Origin: Oikopleura dioica
Lineage: Eukaryota; Animalia; Chordata
Length of the DNA stretch: 64,000 nt
Direction: 5' to 3'
Assembly: GCA_907165135.1 (NCBI GenBank)
Contig: OU015566.1
Location: 8,246,001 to 8,310,000, forward strand
Shown here: piece after piece, positions 1 through 9,700 of the stretch
Numbering within the stretch: the first letter of the stretch is position 1
Layout of the letters: each line of letters opens with the position of its first letter
Translations under genes and position numbers: made by a program
The notes under the pieces: model-generated
Databases searched by the model: none
Seen by the model: only the letters and a program-made list of their open reading frames with translations
Told to the model about the DNA's origin: nothing

Positions 1-360
1 ATTTAAAAAAGCAGAAAATAAAAATTTTAAATTTCGAATTCTTCCATCATCCAGATGTCTTCCACCAGACAAAGTCCTCCAAAAGTCCTCCAGGTGATCA
101 CATGATATTTATCAATTTATTTTAGATAAAATTTAGGATTTAATTTACTAAATTACAAAAATCATTATTCTTCCAGCATTTTATTGGTCTTCCAGCAAGA
201 AGCAAAAGGTCCTCCGGGTGATTCCTGATCGATCAGAGACATTGTCACTAAATTTTTTTATCTTAAATTGATCAGAATTTCGAGGCGCATCGAACTAGAC
301 TATTCACGACTTGATAAATGATGACATCTCGTCGATAAATGAGTTCGTTTTATTTGCAGT

Positions 361-403
361 GGCTTAACGTTTTCGGAACAGCAAAAGTTCCATCATCAGA
401 GCC
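361..403 (-). ncRNA. Hammerhead ribozyme copy in the inverted pLTR (minus strand)
   Basis: Exact reverse complement of 710-752. Confidence 0.8.
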
Positions 404-709
404 GAAGTCTTGGAGTTACTTGTAAACCTTCCAAAAACAGACAAACGTACCTTTTGGTGAAAACTGCAGAACTGATCAAGCTCCCAAAAACAACCATCCC
501 TCCAGATAGTGTTCTAGAGAATTTAACCCATTAAAAACTCGAAAATTTGTCAGAGGCTCCTACTCAAATTTTCGAGTTTTTAATGGGTTAAATTCTCTAG
601 AACACTATCTGGAGGGATGGTTGTTTTTGGGAGCTTGATCAGTTCTGCAGTTTTCACCAAAAGGTACGTTTGTCTGTTTTGGAAGGTTTACAAGTAACTC
701 CAAGACTTC

Positions 710-752
710 GGCTCTGATGATGGAACTTTTGCTGTTCCGAAAACGTTAAGCC
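710..752 (+). ncRNA. Minimal type I hammerhead ribozyme in 5' pLTR
   Basis: GGCT-CTGATGA-T-GGAAC(TTTTGCT)GTTCC-GAA-AACGTT-A^-AGCC. Stem I GGCT/AGCC, stem II GGAAC/GTTCC, palindromic stem III AACGTT, predicted cleavage after 748. Confidence 0.85.
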
Positions 753-785
753 ACTGCAAATAAAACGAACTCATTTATCGACGAG

Positions 786-3281
786 ATGTCATCATTTATC
801 AATTCTTATGGCAAGCGACATCAAGATTTCAAGTCCTTGGATACTCTTGCAAGTAAATTGCACAGGACCAGGCAAACGCTGCATTTCTTAGACAACTGCG
901 TTTCTGATCAAGTACTTCCAATTTTTACCAAAATCCCAATTCAGGTGGTAAAATTTTGTAAATGGGGTCGAAATAAAATTAAGCGGGAACGATTAAAAAT
1001 TTTAATTAATGAACAAAAAATCTGTAGTTACAAACTCGAGGAAATTCGAATATTATTCAATGAAAGTCTATCCAAATTTTTTGAGAAAGAAGGTATTGGT
1101 TGTGAAAAAGAAAAAATGATAATAATTTTAGATTTAGAAAATCGTGCGAGAATCCGAGATGAGGAACGCGACAGAAAAAGACAATTAAAATTCGGCAAAT
1201 TGAAAATTCAACAATCATTTCGGAAACCACTTAAATATGAAGTAAAAAATTTTTCAAAAAAACAAATTCCTACTAATATAATAAACATTCTAGAAAGAGG
1301 TTGGAAGGCCCCTCTTGGGGGGCGACCGCACTCGATAAATTTGCTCCAACAATTTGATAGCCTGATGGGCCATATAAAAAAATATGATCAATTTCAACAA
1401 CTCACACCAATGACTCAATTTCATTTAAAAGGCAGATTGACTTCGATTCACGAAAAATTAACTACTTGTTTCGGTAATGACAATAGTAACAGGATGATAA
1501 GACAGTATTTACGGGAAAACAGGGAAACTGTGTTTGTTTTATCGGACAAAGACTCAGTTATTTTAATTTTGGACCGTTCTCAATACGAGAATTCTATGCA
1601 TCGAGAATTTTCAGATGAGACAAAATTTATTCAATTAAATTCCGATCCAACTGAGGAGGACACTTTGGAAATGAGGCAAAATTTACGCAAAATGGAAAAA
1701 TTTGCGGACAAGAATTTTTTCAATAGAAATAAACCGGTTTCGAGGATAAAAGACGCATATGGACTTGGCAAATGCCATAAAGAAACTTTCGAGCAGGAGC
1801 TTAATATGAGAACTATAGTTTCAGCAAGAAATTCTGTTTGTGAAAATTTTCATAAAAATTTTTTGGCAAAATTATTAAATAATCTCAAAAGCAAATTCTC
1901 ACTTCGTGGGTCTAAAGAATTCGGCTTATGGTTTAAAGAGCAAAAATTCAATTTTGATGAAGTTGATTTTGCAAGTTTTGATATAGTAAAACTCTACCCA
2001 AGCTGCGATACAACTCACCTGATTCATCTCCTCTTGAAAACAATTTATGACGATAATTCGCCATCCAAAATGTTACCTCGATACCGGGATGAGAATAAAA
2101 GACTGCTAAGACCAATTCCAAAAAATGTTCTCCGACCAGTTTTGGATTCAGTTTTGAAAAAACTAACTGCATTTCGGTTTGCAGACAGAACTTATCGTCA
2201 GATATCGGGTCTATCAATGGGCGACAGTAGTTCTCCAAAATTAGCGGATTTCTATCTGTTTATGCTTGAGAAAGATAAGATCGAAAAACTTATTTCGGAA
2301 AAAGTGATTTTAGGCTATAAAAGATTTCTGGACGACACGATTGTCTTTTTTCGACGCGGTTCGTTCGAAAAAGTCAACGAAGTTTTTCAAAATTTGCATG
2401 AGTCTCTTAAAGTAACTGTTGAAAGGTCAAGTCCTGAAGGGATAAAATTTCTCGACTTTGTGGTCTATCCCTCGGAAACAAACACCCTGCAAATTCGTAA
2501 TCATCGAAAACACACTGTTCCAATGAATTTTGTAAATGACATTGCTCCTTTGTCATTGAAAAAGGGTATTCTAACGTCAGAATGTAAAAGGGCTTTATAT
2601 AAACACTCAGATCCGAAAACCCTGGGGGATGAGTTTATAGAGATAGAGGAGAAATATCTCGCCCAAGAATATCCCTTAGAAATGATCCGTGATGTAGAAA
2701 AGGTGGTGAAAGAGGGAAGGGTTGACAAGAAAGATTGGGAAGAGGAAAAAAGTTTGCATCCAGAGAGGAATTTTACAGTTTCTATCCCCTTTACGTCCCA
2801 AAGGGTGTCCCGGATAACGAGGGAAATGCGTAAGATTATCTCAACCTTTCTTCCCGAATTCAGCCTACATACGGCGTTGAGAACAGTATCGATGAGAAAC
2901 ACGATTATCTCCAATCTCTTACCTAAGCCGGAAGAGGAAAAGGCCATTAATGTGGTGTATTCCTTTGTCTGTAGTTGTGGGGAGGAGTATATTGGGGAAT
3001 CCGAAAATTTACTGATGAGAATTCGCGACCACGGGCAAAAATCAAAAGATACAGCTGTATACGCACACACTCAGTCATGTGAGGTTTTTCAGACAGGATT
3101 TAATGAAAAGTATCAGCAAAATAACCCGAAGTCCCGGTTTGAATATCTCAAATCGAAATTTACCCTGCTGCATAAGAATCTATCGTATGACAAACGAAAA
3201 CAAGTAGAGGGACTTGAAATTTCGTTGAAAAATCCCAGTTTAAACAAACAGATACAGCATAGGAAAATCTTTATTTTGTAA
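786..3281 (+). CDS. Penelope-type reverse transcriptase with C-terminal GIY-YIG endonuclease
   Basis: RT motifs FASFDIVKLYPS, YRQISGLSMGDSSSP, YKRFLDDT and FLD. GIY-YIG motifs VVYSFVCSCGEEYIGES...RIRDH...E..I....PSLN. Uninterrupted and intronless. Confidence 0.95.
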   Translation: MSSFINSYGKRHQDFKSLDTLASKLHRTRQTLHFLDNCVSDQVLPIFTKIPIQVVKFCKWGRNKIKRERLKILINEQKICSYKLEEIRILFNESLSKFFEKEGIGCEKEKMIIILDLENRARIRDEERDRKRQLKFGKLKIQQSFRKPLKYEVKNFSKKQIPTNIINILERGWKAPLGGRPHSINLLQQFDSLMGHIKKYDQFQQLTPMTQFHLKGRLTSIHEKLTTCFGNDNSNRMIRQYLRENRETVFVLSDKDSVILILDRSQYENSMHREFSDETKFIQLNSDPTEEDTLEMRQNLRKMEKFADKNFFNRNKPVSRIKDAYGLGKCHKETFEQELNMRTIVSARNSVCENFHKNFLAKLLNNLKSKFSLRGSKEFGLWFKEQKFNFDEVDFASFDIVKLYPSCDTTHLIHLLLKTIYDDNSPSKMLPRYRDENKRLLRPIPKNVLRPVLDSVLKKLTAFRFADRTYRQISGLSMGDSSSPKLADFYLFMLEKDKIEKLISEKVILGYKRFLDDTIVFFRRGSFEKVNEVFQNLHESLKVTVERSSPEGIKFLDFVVYPSETNTLQIRNHRKHTVPMNFVNDIAPLSLKKGILTSECKRALYKHSDPKTLGDEFIEIEEKYLAQEYPLEMIRDVEKVVKEGRVDKKDWEEEKSLHPERNFTVSIPFTSQRVSRITREMRKIISTFLPEFSLHTALRTVSMRNTIISNLLPKPEEEKAINVVYSFVCSCGEEYIGESENLLMRIRDHGQKSKDTAVYAHTQSCEVFQTGFNEKYQQNNPKSRFEYLKSKFTLLHKNLSYDKRKQVEGLEISLKNPSLNKQIQHRKIFIL

Positions 3282-3468
3282 TACCAGTCAGAGGCATTGT
3301 AAAATTGAGTAGGAGCCTCTGACAAATTTTCGAGTTTTTAATGGGTTAAATTCTCTAGAACACTATCTGGAGGGATGGTTGTTTTTGGGAGCTTGATCAG
3401 TTCTGCAGTTTTCACCAAAAGGTACGTTTGTCTGTTTTTGGAAGGTTTACAAGTAACTCCAAGACTTC

Positions 3469-3511
3469 GGCTCTGATGATGGAACTTTTGCTGTTCCGAA
3501 AACGTTAAGCC
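3469..3511 (+). ncRNA. Minimal type I hammerhead ribozyme in 3' pLTR
   Basis: Identical to 710-752. Predicted cleavage after 3507; AATAAA follows at 3518-3523. Confidence 0.85.
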
Positions 3512-3725
3512 ACTGCAAATAAAACGAACTTATTCACGACTTCTCAACTTTATCCACTCGAAAAATAGTTTTTTTGAGCTCTTTAGAGGGCGCTAGAATG
3601 ATGTCAGGTGGTTTTTTCAAAAAATTTTTTTCGGAAATATCATTTTTTCATGTTGAGCAATCACGTCACCAAAAATTAAGTTTCTACGACCCCTAGAAAA
3701 AAAGCTGATTTTTTGTGCGTTTACC

Positions 3726-6700
3726 CTAGATATTCGCATACCATCCCTTTTCCAGAACGGGGACGAACATTTCCGGGCGCTTTCGGATCTCCTCTTCGAA
3801 GTATTCGGACATTTCCAGGCACTTGTCGACCGACTGGGCAAATCCAGAGATGCCCTTTGCTCGCCAGCCAAGCCAGAGCTTGAAGGCGTCTGGTCTCCGG
3901 CCGCACTGAATTTTGCGAATTTGACATTTTAAATTTATGGAAAAGGATGAAAAACGTGATTTCACGATTTTCTTTTGAAACCAAAATCTTTGTTATTTTT
4001 TTGAAAGTCTTAAAACAGTATCCGATTTTATTAATTATCCATCATTGATAGACCTTATCGTTGTTGATTGATTTAGGAAGTGCGGGTAAAAGTACAAGAT
4101 TGATCAAAAAATCACGTGTTCGCTGAAATGTTCGCGAAAGAATTTTAGATTTTAAAATTTTAGAGGGATGATTTTTTGATTACCTGAATAGTCTTGTCGC
4201 CAGTGTCGTAACGGACATCGTAGTGCTTGTCAGGCTGGAATAGGTATTCGGCGGACATGTTGTTGCACGCACTCAGGAGACCCTTGATCAAGTTTATAGT
4301 TTAGAAATAACGATTTCCCAGCCTCTGGATCTCAAGAATCCATCGAGGAAGTCACAAGAATCCCAAAACGCCAAACACTCAGACATTCGGAAATATCTGG
4401 GGCGAAATTTCAGCATTGCCCGAACACGAAAATGATTATTCTAGCCCTTTTAACTTTCGCGGTCACCTACTAACCGGGGATATAGTTCGTGTACTTTCAA
4501 GTATTCAGTAAAAATGCACGAGATTGGCGTCGAGAACAGTTTAAATCACGTAAGAACCGATTTCTTACCTTGTGCCTCACTAGAAGTGCCGAGCATTGAA
4601 GAATAACACCCATCAGTTTATGCGGATTCCACGTGACCGAATCTGCAAGATGAACGCCTTGAGAAAAGGTTCGGAGGGAGAAATTCGATCACCGAGGGAA
4701 ATTATTTTTTGTCAATTTAATAATCCAGAAAATTGAAAATTGGGTGGCAAATCGTATCAATTCGCGATTGTCTTTTTTCGCGAACCCTTTTCCTTCAATG
4801 AGATTACGGTGAGTTTCGCTGACCATTACTGCGCCTCCCCAAGCTGCCTGAAAGAAGAAAAATATTTCTTGTTTTGGAACGCTTTGAGAAAATATATTCA
4901 GTTCCAGGTGTTATCCACTGCTTGTCGATTTCTAACTAAGTTATCCATTATTGATAATGGATGAAAATACTCTGTCTATTTACTCCAAAACGCGTCTTAT
5001 TCATGTTCGATCATTTCCACTACTAAGTGCGAGTATTATCAAAATAGAAGGTACATAAAAGTTGTCATTGTTTTGGGAATGTAGAATTCGCCATTGCACG
5101 TTTTTACGATCACGTTGGGTTCTCGAGTGGGGGATTCATAACCAGCTTGTTACGTAGTGTTTTGAACCGTGTAATAACACCTGTTGTGAATTTTCGCGAC
5201 AGCGGCTTAGTTTAAACATTTTTCGCAATAAAGACTTATATGAAATGATGCACCGGGCCTAATTGGCAATTTCTTACTAAGACAAGGTCACTGTTTGAGA
5301 TTTTATCGGCTGAAAAGCCACTTTCGAAGATAAGTGCATTTCTAAACTTACGTCAACGTGAAGCCAAATGTCGTGTTCTTGAGCTACTTTAGAAATCTCG
5401 GCGATTGGGTCGAAAGCACCCAGAACTGTTGTTCCAGCAGTAGCTTCATGTGGGATTCAGAAAAAGCGACGAAGTAATTCAATTAAAGTTTTAAAAGCAA
5501 AAAAATCCTACCTTCAAATTAAGAAAAAATAATGTTTAGCTTTCATGTTCTAGTTAAACTTTTATCAACCAAAATTGCGAAAAGGTCGCTCGCAGAATTG
5601 ACCGTTCGCTAATTACTTTTGCTTTAATTGATTTCTGATCCCGTCCCGATAACGAGGAATGGCTTCCATCCTTTGCCCTTGGCTTCTTCGATTCGGGCCC
5701 GCAAGTCATCCACACACATTGCGCCTCTAGAATTGTATGTAAATACAGGAAGCGATTGCTAGTCAGAATTTAGAAGATGCTGTAATTGCCCTCAATCTAA
5801 CCGTCTTGCTGATGAAGGTACTTTTTTTATGTTCAAATAAATAATTACATTGAAACCCGGCCATAAATTATCTTTGATGAATAGAAGCCCCCTTTTTTCT
5901 TTCTATACGTTCCCATAAAGAAAAACGCGCACTGCAAAAACAGTTGCTGGTTTTTAGAGTGAGCGCGTTTCGTGTTTTTCCAGTGAGTTATCTAACTGCA
6001 AATTTCCTTGGCGCGGGACTTCCGAGCTGCTAAAGGTAGCTATTTTTGTGAAACATTGTCGGAAAATTGACGGCCAAAGCGAGAAGAGTGTATCTTATCA
6101 GAGAAGAGCGTGATAAGTTTTAGTTCTCATCGGAACCATGGGTTCATAGCTACAAGTTATATTTGCGAAGCTTTTTCTCGGTGATAAGATATTTCATAAG
6201 CAGTGTTTTCAGTTTTGCTTACAATTTTTTCTCTTTTATGCAAGAGTTTCTAAATTGAATCTGGATCGGACACTCTGGACAACCAAAAAATTTATAAATG
6301 CTAATGGAATTTTTACTCAAGCAATTTTCGCAGTAGTGTTAATCAAGTGAAATTTCGCTATTTTGCGTTACCTTTTATCGACCTTCACGGCGACGACGTT
6401 ATTGAGTCCGATGCCGAGGATGATCCCGGGCCGCATGTTGGAATAGTGAGCGTCTGAAACAACCGTTACTGTTGGATTAGCGAGGCAGTAATAATATGGG
6501 GCGCAAATCACCGTGTGGTTAGAACACGTGAAAGCTCTCGATAAGGCACTCTAAGCTTGATTCACTTAGAAAAGGTTAGTTAGGCGAGAAGAAATGCACC
6601 GTGAAGAATCGAAAATCTAAACAGCTGATCTGAAATGGACCGAATTGGCAGTTTTTAGAATTTACTTTCACTACTTATTTCTTGAAGAAAATGCTTAGTT

Positions 6701-9700
6701 TCAGTATCTTTGCCCAGTACATACTGAGTAGACATTGTGTAACATACCGTTCTTCCTGAGTTATGAAAGTTAAAAGCTGCCGAATTCAAGACAAGGCAGA
6801 TGCCGCCTACTAGATCTATTGGAAAATCCGCGCAAAGATCAAAACGTGAAGAAAACTTGAAACTCAAGAGGAGTTTCGGAGGGTTAGATGATCTTCGAAA
6901 CGAGAGCCCTCCTTCGAGATGACCCGGAAAGGGAAAATAATTTGATAATCAAGGGCCGCGTTTCTTTTTCAATCCAATTTCAGCCACGCTTGACGAGATG
7001 ATGATTTTTCCTTTCGAGTTTTTAAGGGTCCAGTTTTCCGAATTCCGAAACTGTTTTGCTTCTTCTTCTTACCTTCAGAAACAAACATGACGAGTCGTTG
7101 TTGCCCAAAGAGTCCCAGCTCCTTTGCGCCTGAAATCAAAGCTGATTATTTCAATCAAAATATTTTTGCTCGTTTCGCAAAAAAAAACACAGATATCTTC
7201 CGCCCGGAAATATAAAAAGCTCGCGGAAGGATCAGAATTCAAAGTCTATTCAATAATCAATCAGCAGACACGTTTTCCGATTATTTCTTCTACTGTAGTT
7301 CTCTCTAGCATCATACATGAGAGATTCTAAACTTACATGGCATTGAGCGCTGCCGGGCGATCATGCAAGCGTAGAGATTGTTAATGCTCCCGCCCGGCGA
7401 AAGAATTCCGTCGAAGGAGTGCCACCCTACTTGGATCGCCAATTTGTTCAGTACTTCTTCTTCCATCTTTTCCCCGGGTTCACAAATATCAACATTTTTT
7501 GCGTGTTCATCTAATCGTCATTTCGACGGTTGTTGAATAAATTGACATAGTTGTGCTATTAAAACTCACGTTTCTACAAAACGAATATTCAGGTTGCGAT
7601 ATTCTCGCGAATTTCCGTATGCAGAGCCGCAGTCAAACATGATGTGAACCCTTGGCAGTACGAAGACCGGAGCTATCTCGTAGGTAAACCTGAAAAAGAG
7701 TGAGCTGAATATCGAAGGCGGCAGTACTCGAACACGCCGGAAGTTATGTCTTACATGTTCGTGTTGCAAGTGGCGATGATCCAGTCGGCAGCCAAGGTCA
7801 CAATGTCCACGCCGCTCGAGAGCTGGTTCAGGTAGTGCGGATGTCCTTAATTTTCGATAAAGAAGAACAAAACATCTGACATCCGAAGAATGCAATTTGA
7901 TTTCCTATCAGTCTTTTATTGTCCCTAGAAAAAAATCCTTTCCACTAATTATTGCTCAAGAGCATTCTTAACTGAGAGCCTCCTGTAACATGTCATTTTT
8001 AAATGTCACATTTACACGTGTCTTGACCGAACGAAGGAGGTTCAAAAAATGTCGAGATTACGTGTTTTATCTCAGTTTCTTCTATGATATTTCAAGAGCT
8101 TCGCATTCTTGTGTCCAGTTTTTTTTTGAAATACAAAATGTGTCTTTGTTACTTTTGGTCATTTTCAAGGTGTAATAATTGGAAAACGATCGTCATAATA
8201 TTATGAATCATAATTCTATTTTCTCTAATTTAATCGCTACAAGTGTAAATTCAAATCTGCTGAGCTATAACGAGGCGCGACGTAATTTTCAGCAGTTCAT
8301 CTTTCTTTCATCACCTTTGAACTCTAGGGCCAATGGATTTTGTCGAATAAATTCCATCTATTTTGCATCTTTAAAAACTGATCTTTTTAAAAGGCTTATT
8401 TATGCAAGAGCAATGCAAGACAAAAAGGGGAGGAAACTGAAGAAGCGCTGAAGAACCTGATCAAGTTCGAGGTTGATTTACGGCGTTAAAAGAACTGTAA
8501 CGAGCTGCACTTCCGTCTTACTTTCGCCGCTAAATCTGAAAAAAGAGAGAGGCAGAGAAAGAAACATTTACAAAATAAGAGATGAGCTCGACTGAAGATT
8601 CAGAAGAAAATGTTCTTATGCTCCAGCCACCTTTAGAAAACAGCGAATCTGTCTCGGAAGTTAATGAATATCACTCAGAAAGAAAACGATCCGTTTATGG
8701 ACCGAAAGGGTTGGGAAAACTCATCCGCTTGAATTTGTCAGGTATCGTCATAAAGGGATGTTTGTTCCAGTGTCAACTACTTTCAGGAATGGAGTACAAG
8801 ACATGGAGTTCAACGCTAGAGCACTATCCCGATACGTTGTTGGGAAATGCCAAAACACGGAAGTATTTCTTTCATGACGAGTAAGCACCTCAAGCAGCAG
8901 AATCTGCATTTACGAATTTCAGGACTAACGAATACTACTTTGAGCGGAACCGAGAGTCCTTCCCAGCCATCTTGTATTTCTACCAGTCGCAAGGAATCGA
9001 GTTAGATGTCTACTAGTCAATATGAAATGAATTGTGAGAAATTTTTATAGTAAGAAAGAGCCCCCTTTTCTCTATCTCGGGTAGCAGTGACGTCTAACTT
9101 GTACCTCAGGATACTTAGAGCGGCCGCCAAGCGTAAGCTTGGAAACTTTCGTCGACGATATTATCTTCTTTCAACTTGACCATTATGTTAACCGGGTTTC
9201 AATTGCACTGACATATTGTCCGTTGTTTTTGCAAAATTGGGAAAGAGGGTGCGTTTCGACAAAGAGGCAATAAGTGAAACCTCGCAAGCGCTGAATACAC
9301 GTCGTCATGGGCGGAGGGACATGTTTCAGTACCGCTTTCTGGGCAAATTCAGAAAGAATTTATGGAAAATAATGGGCAAGGGTTCACTCAAAATTATTAA
9401 CTAATGCTTTGAACATGAGCAACGACAACTCGGACGACAGCATTACATTGCCTTGTTCCTAGCTCTCGAATGATGCCAGTATCAACAGTAATCATCTACA
9501 TCTGCAAAAATTTGAACCCTCAAGATAATGAAGATCAAAGTTGCTGTGGGCGTTTCATGTCCCTTCTTTCCGTCATTTTTATCCTCATTTCAACCGTGTC
9601 CTTTTGCCTGGAAACACTGCCAGAATACGATGACAACTATGTCAACAAGGGCACAGATGACGAGCCCATTTGGGTCTTCGACGAGTCGCTAGAATCAAAA

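Larger units (their letters stand above)
311..802. repeat. ~238-bp-arm inverted repeat (hairpin) with 17-nt loop, formed by the inverted and direct pLTR copies
   Basis: Arms 311-548 and 566-802 are reverse complements with one indel; loop 549-565 is GTCAGAGGCTCCTACTC. Confidence 0.95.
311..3530 (+). mobile_element. Complete Penelope-like retrotransposon (PLE): inverted pLTR + direct pLTR + ORF + 3' pLTR, flanked by TSD TATTCACGAC(TT)
   Basis: Intact 831-aa RT/GIY-YIG ORF. 566-771 is repeated at 3324-3530 (one T indel). 311-548 is the reverse complement of 566-802. TATTCACGAC occurs at 301-310 and 3531-3540. Confidence 0.95.

Noticed and set aside
41-235. Two degenerate copies of CTTCC..GTCCTCC(A/G)GGTGAT
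   Set aside because: Too diverged and truncated by the window edge to classify.
3584-3595. TAGAGGGCGCTA, a CTCF-like motif, with related CTAGCGCC at ~28715 and ~40560
   Set aside because: Partial matches only; motif enrichment cannot be judged without computation.
5923-5970. Imperfect hairpin AAACGCGC...GCGCGTTT in a GAD intron
   Set aside because: Short and isolated, with no TSD or second copy; compatible with chance.
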